Assembly: GCA_027061855.1 (NCBI GenBank)
Contig: JAMOVT010000070.1
Coordinates: 35,322 to 99,321, forward strand
From: Flavobacteriales bacterium
GTDB taxonomy: Bacteria > Bacteroidota > Bacteroidia > Flavobacteriales > Flavobacteriaceae
Reading direction: 5' to 3'
Length of the DNA stretch: 64,000 bases
The notes under the pieces are model-generated. The model did not search any database. It was not told where the DNA came from and worked only from the letters and a program-made list of their open reading frames with translations. Each line of letters opens with the position of its first letter. The stretch's first letter is position 1. Both the position numbers and the translations under genes were made by a program. Below are positions 54,819 to 64,000 of the stretch, piece after piece.

Positions 54819-57800
54819 TTATTTGTTTAAATATACCGAACCCGTGAAAGTTTTCTCTACTCCCTCACCTAAGTCTATCACGTAATAATATACTCCTACG
54901 GGTAGTTTTTTATTGTTGTTACTATTGGTTCCGTCCCAGAAGTTATCTGTATTATTATAACTATAAGTTGAATAAACAAGATTACCCCATCTGTTGTAAA
55001 TCCGAACCTGATTATCAGGAAAACTTTCAATACCTACAATTCTGAAAAGATCATTTAATCCATCATTATTTGGTGTCAAAATTTCATAAATAATGATATT
55101 GGCTGTACGAACATAAGTCGGATCATCCGGTTCATCATCATTTTCCAGATCCATATCCGTATCATTATTCGGATCATCTGACAGGTCTGTGATTTGGACT
55201 CCAATAGGATCTTTTCCTGTAACCGTAGCGGTATTCAATACGTAGCCTCGTTCAATATCGTCTTCGGTAATATAATAGGTCGCTACAAAATTGGTCGAAT
55301 TGGACTGACCTGCTCCAAGATTAAAGGCACCTCCCACAACTGGTACCAAAGGATCATCCACCTGAATATCGCTAATGGTAACATTTCCGGTATTAATTAC
55401 GGTAAAATGATAAGTAATTGTTTCTCCCATATCGGCCAAACCGTCTCCGTTTTCATCATTAAAAACACCTGTTTTTTGCAATTGTAATTCCCTGACTTGA
55501 GGAAGAAGCGTATGCGTAATATCATCGGGCTCAAAATCTCCTTCCACATCCATATCTGTTGGATCATTCGGATCGTCTGAAATATCTGAAACCGTAGTTC
55601 CGGAAGGACTGGTTCCTACTACCAAGGCTCGATTATCCACAAAACCTGCATCAATCATGGCTTGAGTAATTTCCAAGTCACCATAGAAAACCCAAATTTC
55701 ACCTACATCCAGTTCATTATCGGCATCCACATCTCCACTTTGATAATGGATATTATTGCCTAATAAAGGATCGGTTACGACAATATTATGAATAGCTTGT
55801 CTTCCTGTATTATATACTTCAAATACATATTGAATCTTTTCACCCGGCATAGGCTGATCATTGTCTACTGCGATTACCACACCATGTTTTTTCAATTCGA
55901 GTTGATATTGTTTCACAAGGAATGTGATAGTCGGGTCATCATCGCCTGTGGGTGAAGAGGGGTCGTCATCATCCGATAAATCGGAATATCTTACTCCGTC
56001 TTTAATTACTATTGCCTCCGCTTGATTTATTACTTTTTCATTATCAATATCATCTTGGGTAATATAATGTACTGCCGAAATGCTTGCAGAGCTGCCGGGA
56101 GGTATATGTCCGATCGGCAAAGCGGAAGTGATAATGGCATTAGGATCGTCAATATCTATATTATCAAGGCTGACATTTCCGGTATTGGTAATGGTAATGA
56201 CATAATTGATAATATCCCCTACCACCAGATTTTGCGGCACATAAGGTAAATCGTCACCTTTGATTACTTCAAAACGTATATTCTGATGAATATGTGTAAT
56301 GGTAGGGTCATCGGGTCCCTGTGGAGAATCAGAATCGGTATCATCCGACAAATCAATTACATCTTGATTATTGAAAACGCTTTGAGCTTTTAAAGTGTTC
56401 TCAACAAATCCGGCATCTATATCCGCCTGAGTAACCGTATGAATAGCTGTTACCTGCGTAGTCTGACCGGGTAATAATTGGGGTATGGTTGTATTTCCGG
56501 AGATTGTCGCATTTTGATCGGTTAACAAAATATTATTCAATGTAACATTACCGGAATTCGTCACTGTAATTGAATAATTTATTACATAACCTACATTAAG
56601 ATTTTGCTCGCTATAAGGCAATTGATCATTTTTCAGAACCGTTAATTCCGGATTTTGTATAAAAGTTGTAACCGTAGGATCATCTCCTGTATTGGGAGTA
56701 GGTGAATCTTTGTCGGTATCATCTGAAAGATCAGAATATATTGTACCGTTGAAACTTGCCTCAACCAAAGCGGTATTAGCTTTCTGTCCGTTATCTATAT
56801 CCGTTTGTGTCACTATATATTCAGCCAATACGGTAGCACTGGTTTGAGGTGCTAAATTATGTATTGGAGTTCCTCCTATTATGGTGGCTCCGTTATCTAT
56901 TACATTCACAAGAGGGAAAGTAACATTTCCGGTGTTTTTAACGGTAATAATATATTGGATAACCGTTCCCGGAGTAATCAATTGAGCTTGATAAGGTAAT
57001 TGATCATCTTTAAGAATTTCGATATCCGGAGTCTGGATAATTTTTGTAACCGTAGGATCATCTCCTACTCCGGGTGTAGGTGAATTCAAATCCAGATCAT
57101 CAGACACATCACTGACCAATTGACTGGCAAAATAAGTAGATGCAGTGGCCGAATTGATAATTTCACCGGCATCGATATCCGCTTGGGTCACTATATGGGT
57201 CAATGTAACGATTTTAGATTCATTTATTTCCAACAGAGGGATTTGTGTTACCTGGGGTTCGGCATTATTATCTATCAACGTTATATCCGTTAGTGTAATA
57301 TTTCCCGTGTTTTTCACTTCTATTGTATAGGTAATCACATCTCCCACTTGCAATGCTTGGGGGGTATTTGCCGAGTATTGGATATTATCATCCTTAGTTA
57401 CTTCTATTCCGGGATGTGCTACAATATTTGTAATGGTAGGATCATCATTCCCCACACCCGGATGTTGAGGATCTTGATCATCAGAAAGATCTTGATATTG
57501 AACGTTCTGATAAGTAAAGGTTCCCACAGCTTGATTAATTACTTGTGTAGCATCAATATCAGCTTGAGTTACCGTATGGTCGGCATTGATAACAACGGTT
57601 TGTCCGGGAGCCAAATTTGTAATCGTGGCACCCCCGAGTATTACTGCATTATCATCGGTGACATCTACTTGATCAATGGTGATATTTCCACTGTTATATA
57701 CCGATATATCATAATGAATCACATCTCCCACTTGCAAATTAATGGCTGAGAAAGGTAAATTATCCGTTTTAAACAATTCGATTCCCGGCGTTTGAATCAA

Positions 57801-60800
57801 ATAGGTAATTGTAGGATCATCAGGTCCTCCGGGTGAGAATGGATCCGTATCATCCGAAATATCAGAAACGGTCACATTATTAAAAAGTGTCGTTATTTCT
57901 GCTGAATTCTCCACTTTTCCTGCATCTAAATCCGCTTGTGTAATGGTATGAGTAAGTATGAGAGTTTCACTATCGCCCGGAAGAATACTTGAAATTGTAT
58001 TGGCACCCGTAAAAGTCGCATTTGTATCGGTTACAGTGAGATTGGTCAATGTAACATTACCTGTATTTGTAGCCGTAATAATATACGTAATTACATCTCC
58101 AATTACCATGTTTTGCGGCTGATAGAGCAATTGATCATCTTTGGTTAATTCTATTGAAGGGCTTTGTTTCAATAAAGTTAAAGTGGGATCATCGTCTCCG
58201 GTTGCATTTGGATCCGTATCACCGACATCATCTGAAGTATCTTGATAAAGAACATTATTAAAGGTTGTAGTCGCTTCTGCTGAATTTACGATTACACCTG
58301 CATCCAAATCTGCTTGGGTAACCACATGCTGGGCAATTACCACGGCTGTTGTTTGAGGAGCTAAACTAACAATGGAATTACCGTTGGGTAAAGTCGCATT
58401 ATTATCCGTAATTCCTATATTCTGTAAGGTGACATTTCCGGTGTTTGTAACATAAATTTTATAGGTAATAATGTCTCCTACCTGTTTAATTTGAGGAACA
58501 AAATTTAATTGATCATCCTTAGTGACTTCCAGTCCGGGTCTTTGCTCTATAAAAGTAATGGTAGGATCATCATTTCCTGCGGGGGATGCAGGATCCTCAT
58601 CATCCGAAACATCCGATACTTGTATGCCACCATATAAAGTATTTGCCGTAGCCGAATTACTAATTTGGCCGGCATCTATCTCAGCTTGAGTGACCGTATG
58701 AGTAGCTTGCAAAATGATAGTCTGGTTTACATCCAATTGAGATATAATATTTGAACCTGTAAATTGGGCATTATTATCGCTTAAACTTATATTATACAAT
58801 GTCACATTACCGGTATTGGTGACTTTGATATCATATGTAATTACATCTCCTTCATTTAAAGGTTGAGGTATATAATCATAACCATCATCTTTTAACACTT
58901 CCAAAGCCGGAGATTGCACCAAATGAGTCAAAGTGGGATCATCAGGTCCCGGTAAAGAGGAAGGATCATTGTCATCGGAGAGATCCGAATAAGTTGTCCC
59001 GTTGAAAACAAAACTTGCCATAGCCGAATTGGAAACTACTCCGGCATCGAGATCAGCTTGTGTAATTTGATGCTGAGCAATCAAAGTTGTGGAAGTCTGC
59101 GGATCCAAACTGGCAATGGTATTTCCGCCTATAAAAGTGGCATTATCGTCTGTTAATGTAATATCGGTTAAAGTCACATTACCTGTATTATATACGGTAA
59201 TCTGATAGGTTATATTATTTCCTATGACCAAATTTTGAGGAGACCAGGGTAATTGATCATCTTTAATCACAACAACCGTTGGATTTTGCCGGATAAAGGT
59301 AATGGTGGGATCTTCTGTCCCTCCGGGAGAATTAGGATCCTTATCATCAGAGATTATACTAATAATAGTTCCGTTAAAATCAGTTGTTCCTGTCACCGAA
59401 TTTGATACTTGACCGGCATCTATATCCGCTTGGGAGACTATATGCTCTGCTTGTACCACAATTGTTTGTCCGGGGGCTATTGTATTGATAATACTGGCTC
59501 CGGTAAATGAAGCATTATTATCATTCAAAGAAATATTTGTCAAGGTAACATTTCCGGTATTTTCCACAAAGATATCGTAGGTGATAGCATCTCCTATACT
59601 TAAATTTTGCGGAGTATATGTAAAACGATCATCTTTTAATATAATAAAGGAGGGTTGTTGGTTCAAATAAGTAATTGTAGGATCATTTCCTTGTCCCGGT
59701 GTATTGGAGTCAGGGTCTGTATCATCAGTTAAATCGGTATAAGTATTGCCATTAAATACCGCACGGACTTCTGCCTGGTTACTAATCATACCTGCATCCA
59801 GATCTGCCTGAGTAATCATATGTTCGGCTAATACTGTTACTGTCTGTCCGGGAGTTAAATTAAGAATAGGTGTACCTGCAATTATATTTGCATTATTATC
59901 CGTAATATCTACTTGAGGAAAAGTCACATTTCCCGTATTAGTTACCAAAATAGTATATTGAATTACATCCCCCACATTCAGATTCTGATCCACTAAAATA
60001 GAAAGATTATCATCTTTTGTAGCCTCTATTGCAGGAGCCTGTGCAAGTAAAGTAATGGTGGGATCATCATCCCCTGATGGAGAAGAAATATCTTCATCGT
60101 CAGATATATCACTTACATTAATATTATTGAAATTGGTAGAGGCTATGGCCGAATTACTTACATATCCGTTATCCAGATCAGTTTGAGTGATGATATGCTC
60201 TGCATTAAGAGTAACTGTTTCACCAATATCCAAACTACTTATTGTATTTGTCCCAATGAAATTCGCATTCGCATCGGTCACAATTATATCTGTAAGCTTT
60301 ACATTTCCGGTATTTGTTACTTTAATAGTATAAGAAATAACATCTCCCAATGTCATTGTTTGAGGAGACAAAGGAATACCATCGTCTTTTTTTACTTCCA
60401 AGGCCGGTTTTTGCAATAAGAAAGTCAAAGTCGGGTCATCTTGTCCGGAAGGAGATGCAGGATCCACATCATCGGATATATCAGAATAAGTATTCCCTTC
60501 ATATACAGTTTGGCCTTCTGCTGAATTACTAACCACTCCGGCATTTAAATCATCTTGCGTAATAATATGTTGTGCTAAGATGACGGCAGTCTGCCCGGGA
60601 GCCAAATTATTTACGATTTCATCCCCCGGATTTATAGTAGCATTTGCATCGCTAACTGTAATGGTGGGTAAAGTAACATTTCCCGTATTTGTTACATTAA
60701 TAGCATAATAAATTACATCATTTACTCCTAAATTCTGAGGAATAGTTCGATCCAGTCCGTCGTCTTTTGTTAATGTAATATCCGGAACTTTTTGTAAGAG

Positions 60801-63800
60801 AGTAATGGTAGGATCATCTCCAACTCCGGGAGTGGGCGAATTGGGATCCAAATCATCCGATAAGTCGGATACACTTGCATTATTAAATACCGTTGAAGCA
60901 ATGGCTTGATTGCTCACTTGACCAGCATCCAGTTCGGCTTGTGTGATTGCATGTGTCACAACAAAAGAAGCTGTTTGATTAGGAGCCAAGGAAGTAATCA
61001 CCGCGCTTCCCGAAATATTAGCACCCGGATCGGTTAGGGTTACATTCGTCAAAGTTACATTCCCCGTATTTTTTACTACTACATTGTAAGTAATATTACT
61101 TCCAAGTGATAAAAGATGAGGAGTTAAAGAAAGACCATCGTCTTTAGTAACATAAAGTTCAGGATTTTGACTTAATAAGGTAACAGTTGGATCATTATCT
61201 CCACTTGGCGAAGCAGGATCAATATCATCAGAGGTATCTGTATAAGTTATTGCATTAAAAGTCGTGGTTCCTATGGCTGAGTTTACCACTTGACCAGCAT
61301 CAAGGTCTGCTTGAGTAATGATATGTTCCGCGGTAACCGTAGCGATATCTCCCGGAGCCAGATTAACCACCGGATTTCCACTGGTAATAGTAGCATTGGC
61401 ATCTGTTACCACTACCTGATTAAAGGTCACATTTCCGGTATTTTCCACTTTAATCTCATATGGTATCACATCTCCCACATTCATATTTTGAGGAATAAGA
61501 TCCATATTATCTGTTTTGGTTAAAGTTATCTCCGGAGATTGATAAATTAATGTAATAGTCGGATCATCATCCGTATTTGGGGAGTCCGGATCAGGATCAT
61601 TTGATACATCACTTATCGGATTGCTGTTAAAAGTAGTAGAAGCCACTGCCTGGTTACTTACTTGTCCTGCATTGATATCGGCTTGTGTTACAGTATAGGA
61701 AGCTGTTACGGTGACAGTTTCACCAACATCCAGTGAGGCAATATGAGACTGTGAAAGAGTAGCAATATTATCTGTAATATCAATATTGGTCAAAGTTACA
61801 TTCCCCGTATTTGTTACTGCAATATCATAGGTGATTATATCACCCGGATTTAAATTTTGAGGAATCAATTGATATCGGTCATCTTTAGTGACCGTTAATT
61901 CCGGCCTTTGCTCAATGAAGGTTCTTGTGGGATCATCTCCTACTCCGGGAGTAGGGGAATCCGGATCATTATCATCTGAAAGATCCTGATAACTTTGTGT
62001 ATTAAATTGTAAAGTAGCAATAGCCGTATTTTCTACTACACCGGCATCAATATCATCTTGAGTAATGGTATGCTCTGCGGTTAGATGAGCCGTATCTCCG
62101 GGGGATAAAGTAATAATGGGTGTACCCGTAAGGTTCGACGCATTTACATCCACTACATTAATATTGGTTAAAGTAACATTACCGGTATTAGTCACAAAAA
62201 TATCATAATTTATCACATCACCCACATTTAATGGCAAGACAATATAAGCTCTGTTGTCATCTTTAATTACTTCTACCTCCGGTTTTTGTTCGATAAGGGT
62301 AATGGTAGGATCATCGTCTCCATTATTGGGAGCGGTTGAGTCCAAATCATCGGAAAGATCTGTATAGGTAGTACCATTAAAGGTAAAGGAAGCTTCGGCT
62401 TGATTTATCACTTCTCCCGCATCTATATCCGCTTGTGTAACGGTATGATGGGCAATTATTACTGCCGAACTTCCTGCATTGATGGAAGCTATGGTGCCAC
62501 TGCCCTGGATAACTGCATTATTGTCGACTACATTAATGTTGGTTAAAGTTACATTTCCCGTATTATTAATTTTAATATAGTAAGTAATTACATCATTCAC
62601 AGCAAGACTTTGCGGATTTGAATAAGGATAAATATCCGTTTTGGTTACATAAAAACCCGGATTTTGAACCAAATAGGTATCCGTAGGAGTATTTCCGTTA
62701 CCGGGATCATTGGAATTCGGATCTGTATCATCGGAGTAATCCGTGATAGTTACTCCGTTAAAATCTCCCGAGGCCTGCGCCTGATTGGAAACTATTCCGG
62801 CATCGAGATCAGCTTGAGTGACAATATGTGTGGCCGAGAATGTAAAGGTCTGTCCGGGTCCCATATTATTTATAATAGTGGAGCCCGTAATAGTGGCATT
62901 GGGATCGGTTACGGTAACCGAAGGGAAGGTGACATTTCCTGTATTTCTCACTGTAATGATATAGTCAATAGGGTTTCCTACATTTAAAGAACGGGGAGTC
63001 AGCACATCCCAGCCGTTATCGTCTTTTAGTACTTCCAACTGAGGGGTTTGTATGAGATTAGTGATTGTCGTATCATCGGTTCCTCCTGTTTCATGAATAT
63101 CACCATTGTTATTAAAATCCGTATCATCCGATAAATCTTGAACCGTATTTCCATTAAAGTTTCCTGTGGCAGTAGCCTGGTTAATCATCCAACCGGTATC
63201 CAAATCGATTTGTGTAATGGTATGTGTAGCTGTAAAGCTGGCCGTTTCGCCGGGATTTAATAAATTGATAGGCATAGTTCCGGAGGTGAAAGTGGCGTTA
63301 TTATCAACCAAGTTGATATTATCAATACTCACATTTCCGGTATTTTCCACTATTATTGTATAGGTGATTACATCCCCTACACCTAAACCTTGTGGAGAGA
63401 TAGGCAGGTTATCATCTTTATATACAGATAATTCAGGAATCTGTTCCAAATAGGTAACCGTAGGATCATCATCTGCATTTCCCGTACCGGATTGAGGATC
63501 ATCGGAAACATCCGTTATGGTTTGCCCTTCAAAATCGCAAGTAGCAGTAGCCGAATTAGTGACCGAACCATGATTAATATCAGCCAAGGTTATGGTATAT
63601 TCTGCGGTAATGGTTACACTGTCATCCACATCCAGAAAAGCTATCGAGTTAGAAGAAGTAAAAGAAACTCCGGGATTATTATCTGTTACCGTGATATTTG
63701 TCAAAGGCACATTTCCGGTATTTGTTATTACAATATCATAATGGATGACATCTCCCACGGCTAAATTAACCGGATAGACATTTATATTGTCATCTTTGGT

Positions 63801-64000
63801 AACTGTGAGTTGAGGGAATTTCTCTCGCCAATCTCTTTCGGGAGTGGTAGGTATATCCACATTGGGGAAATCAACCGGCGTTTGAGCACTATTATCGGCA
63901 TCCAATAAGGCATCATTATTATCATATGCATCATCCAATCCGTCTCCATCGGCATCATTTCCGGTAGGTATAACATCAGGGATATCATCATTGTTCCAAT
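54819..64000 (-). CDS. Giant repeat-rich cell-surface protein (DUF11-like repeats) with T9SS type-B (gliding-motility-associated) C-terminal sorting domain; N-terminus lies beyond the window
   Basis: The frame is open from the stop at 54819 to nt 64000. The ORF-track start at 63938 is an internal TTG (Leu). 23 repeats contain NTGNV(T/S)L. The last ~90 aa (EILTPNNDGLNDLFRIVG...RIYNRWGNLVYS...WDG...LPVGVYYYVIDL) match the type-B CTD pattern. Confidence 0.9.
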   Translation of the reverse strand, partial: WNNDDIPDVIPTGNDADGDGLDDAYDNNDALLDADNSAQTPVDFPNVDIPTTPERDWREKFPQLTVTKDDNINVYPVNLAVGDVIHYDIVITNTGNVPLTNITVTDNNPGVSFTSSNSIAFLDVDDSVTITAEYTITLADINHGSVTNSATATCDFEGQTITDVSDDPQSGTGNADDDPTVTYLEQIPELSVYKDDNLPISPQGLGVGDVITYTIIVENTGNVSIDNINLVDNNATFTSGTMPINLLNPGETASFTATHTITQIDLDTGWMINQATATGNFNGNTVQDLSDDTDFNNNGDIHETGGTDDTTITNLIQTPQLEVLKDDNGWDVLTPRSLNVGNPIDYIITVRNTGNVTFPSVTVTDPNATITGSTIINNMGPGQTFTFSATHIVTQADLDAGIVSNQAQASGDFNGVTITDYSDDTDPNSNDPGNGNTPTDTYLVQNPGFYVTKTDIYPYSNPQSLAVNDVITYYIKINNTGNVTLTNINVVDNNAVIQGSGTIASINAGSSAVIIAHHTVTQADIDAGEVINQAEASFTFNGTTYTDLSDDLDSTAPNNGDDDPTITLIEQKPEVEVIKDDNRAYIVLPLNVGDVINYDIFVTNTGNVTLTNINVVDVNASNLTGTPIITLSPGDTAHLTAEHTITQDDIDAGVVENTAIATLQFNTQSYQDLSDDNDPDSPTPGVGDDPTRTFIEQRPELTVTKDDRYQLIPQNLNPGDIITYDIAVTNTGNVTLTNIDITDNIATLSQSHIASLDVGETVTVTASYTVTQADINAGQVSNQAVASTTFNSNPISDVSNDPDPDSPNTDDDPTITLIYQSPEITLTKTDNMDLIPQNMNVGDVIPYEIKVENTGNVTFNQVVVTDANATITSGNPVVNLAPGDIATVTAEHIITQADLDAGQVVNSAIGTTTFNAITYTDTSDDIDPASPSGDNDPTVTLLSQNPELYVTKDDGLSLTPHLLSLGSNITYNVVVKNTGNVTLTNVTLTDPGANISGSAVITSLAPNQTASFVVTHAITQAELDAGQVSNQAIASTVFNNASVSDLSDDLDPNSPTPGVGDDPTITLLQKVPDITLTKDDGLDRTIPQNLGVNDVIYYAINVTNTGNVTLPTITVSDANATINPGDEIVNNLAPGQTAVILAQHIITQDDLNAGVVSNSAEGQTVYEGNTYSDISDDVDPASPSGQDDPTLTFLLQKPALEVKKDDGIPLSPQTMTLGDVISYTIKVTNTGNVKLTDIIVTDANANFIGTNTISSLDIGETVTLNAEHIITQTDLDNGYVSNSAIASTNFNNINVSDISDDEDISSPSGDDDPTITLLAQAPAIEATKDDNLSILVDQNLNVGDVIQYTILVTNTGNVTFPQVDITDNNANIIAGTPILNLTPGQTVTVLAEHMITQADLDAGMISNQAEVRAVFNGNTYTDLTDDTDPDSNTPGQGNDPTITYLNQQPSFIILKDDRFTYTPQNLSIGDAITYDIFVENTGNVTLTNISLNDNNASFTGASIINTIAPGQTIVVQAEHIVSQADIDAGQVSNSVTGTTDFNGTIISIISDDKDPNSPGGTEDPTITFIRQNPTVVVIKDDQLPWSPQNLVIGNNITYQITVYNTGNVTLTDITLTDDNATFIGGNTIASLDPQTSTTLIAQHQITQADLDAGVVSNSAMASFVFNGTTYSDLSDDNDPSSLPGPDDPTLTHLVQSPALEVLKDDGYDYIPQPLNEGDVITYDIKVTNTGNVTLYNISLSDNNAQFTGSNIISQLDVNQTIILQATHTVTQAEIDAGQISNSATANTLYGGIQVSDVSDDEDPASPAGNDDPTITFIEQRPGLEVTKDDQLNFVPQIKQVGDIITYKIYVTNTGNVTLQNIGITDNNATLPNGNSIVSLAPQTTAVVIAQHVVTQADLDAGVIVNSAEATTTFNNVLYQDTSDDVGDTDPNATGDDDPTLTLLKQSPSIELTKDDQLLYQPQNMVIGDVITYIITATNTGNVTLTNLTVTDTNATFTGANTISSILPGDSETLILTHTITQADLDAGKVENSAEITTLFNNVTVSDISDDTDPFSPGGPDDPTITYLIQTPGIELFKTDNLPFSAINLQVGDVIHYDISVYNSGNITIDQVDVTDDNAVILGGATITNLAPGQTVVINADHTVTQADIDATQVINQAVGTFTYQNVQYQDLSDDQDPQHPGVGNDDPTITNIVAHPGIEVTKDDNIQYSANTPQALQVGDVITYTIEVKNTGNITLTDITLIDNNAEPQVTQIPLLEINESKIVTLTHIVTQADIDAGEIINSATASTYFASQLVSDVSDDLDLNSPTPGVGDDPTVTKIIQTPDIEILKDDQLPYQAQLITPGTVIQYIITVKNTGNVTFPLVNVIDNGATIIGGTPIHNLAPQTSATVLAEYIVTQTDIDNGQKANTALVEASFNGTIYSDLSDDTDKDSPTPNTGDDPTVTTFIQNPELTVLKNDQLPYSEQNLNVGYVINYSITVTNSGNVTLNNILLTDQNATISGNTTIPQLLPGQTTQVTAIHTVTQADIDAGFVENTLKAQSVFNNQDVIDLSDDTDSDSPQGPDDPTITHIHQNIRFEVIKGDDLPYVPQNLVVGDIINYVITITNTGNVSLDNIDIDDPNAIITSALPIGHIPPGSSASISAVHYITQDDIDNEKVINQAEAIVIKDGVRYSDLSDDDDPSSPTGDDDPTITFLVKQYQLELKKHGVVIAVDNDQPMPGEKIQYVFEVYNTGRQAIHNIVVTDPLLGNNIHYQSGDVDADNELDVGEIWVFYGDLEITQAMIDAGFVDNRALVVGTSPSGTTVSDISDDPNDPTDMDVEGDFEPDDITHTLLPQVRELQLQKTGVFNDENGDGLADMGETITYHFTVINTGNVTISDIQVDDPLVPVVGGAFNLGAGQSNSTNFVATYYITEDDIERGYVLNTATVTGKDPIGVQITDLSDDPNNDTDMDLENDDEPDDPTYVRTANIIIYEILTPNNDGLNDLFRIVGIESFPDNQVRIYNRWGNLVYSTYSYNNTDNFWDGTNSNNNKKLPVGVYYYVIDLGEGVEKTFTGSVYLNK
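55100..63830 (-). repeat. In-frame tandem array of 23 diverged ~369-417 nt (123-139 aa) coding repeats
   Basis: The plus-strand anchor ACATTTCCGGTATT (reverse complement of N-T-G-N-V) and its synonymous variants recur at 55381, ~55798, 56173, 56545, 56923, 57298, 57682, 58054, 58432, 58804, 59176, 59548, 59926, 60301, 60676, 61057, 61429, 61798, 62176, 62551, 62932, 63331 and 63709. All spacings are multiples of 3. Confidence 0.9.

Noticed and set aside
55194-63764. About a dozen plus-strand ORFs of 60-133 aa inside the giant gene (e.g. 57348..57749, 62664..62987)
   Set aside because: They are antisense frames of a 9-kb ORF with strong repeat and motif support. Their I/S/N/G-rich products mirror the T/N/D/V-rich codons of the true frame.
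55100-63830. Regular ~375-nt periodicity, considered as a possible CRISPR-like or satellite array
   Set aside because: The period is far too long for CRISPR. The units are diverged, all spacings are multiples of three, and the whole array lies inside one open reading frame. It is a protein-domain repeat.
63782-63991. Met-rich 69-aa minus-strand ORF (MMISLMLYLPEMMPMETDWMMHM...)
   Set aside because: It is a shifted frame of the Asp-rich GAT-GAT/GAT-GCC codon runs of the giant gene. The adhesin frame is open through the same interval.
1-64000. Search for mobile elements, prophage remnants, defence systems (restriction-modification (RM), toxin-antitoxin (TA), CRISPR-Cas, Abi, retron-like) or compositional islands
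   Set aside because: No integrase, transposase, recombinase, nuclease/helicase pair, methyltransferase, reverse transcriptase or tRNA attachment site was recognisable. Composition and gene density look uniform. The window looks like core chromosome.

Overview
Dense, low-GC (about one third G+C by eye) chromosomal segment. It looks like a Bacteroidota genome, class Flavobacteriia. Evidence for that: gldF/gldG gliding genes, a T9SS type-B cargo gene with a PorP/SprF partner, an S46 peptidase, fused secDF, many lipoproteins, TAnnTTTG -7 promoter boxes and no Shine-Dalgarno sequences. I call about 46 protein genes, mostly housekeeping: LPS/envelope (lptB, kpsF, lpxK, mltD-like, ppiD-like), Tat/Sec (tatC, tatA, secDF), central metabolism (lpd, pgk, aroE, PNP, pntAB/pntB, fabH), peptidases (S46, M49-like, NlpC/P60), transporters, and one ECF sigma/FecR/TonB-dependent receptor module. 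The most striking element is a giant minus-strand gene (54819 to beyond 64000). It encodes at least 23 tandem ~126-aa DUF11-like repeats and a T9SS type-B C-terminal domain, and it is co-transcribed with a PorP/SprF-family gene. All intergenic gaps are under about 160 nt. I see no tRNA, rRNA, CRISPR array, transposase, integrase or recognisable defence gene, so this reads as core genome rather than an island. I did not find a convincing, clearly novel multi-gene system. The findings are architectural oddities worth checking: an alcohol dehydrogenase embedded between gldF and gldG, pntAB-pntB without pntAA, a RecQ lacking the zinc-binding cysteines, an M49-like peptidase with HEXXH, a PrsW-zinc-ribbon fusion, and cytochrome c coupled to an S46 peptidase. 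Several ORF-track starts are TTG/GTG artefacts; I re-assigned them using nearby ATGs and -7 boxes. All family assignments come from motif recognition by eye and have not been checked against any database.
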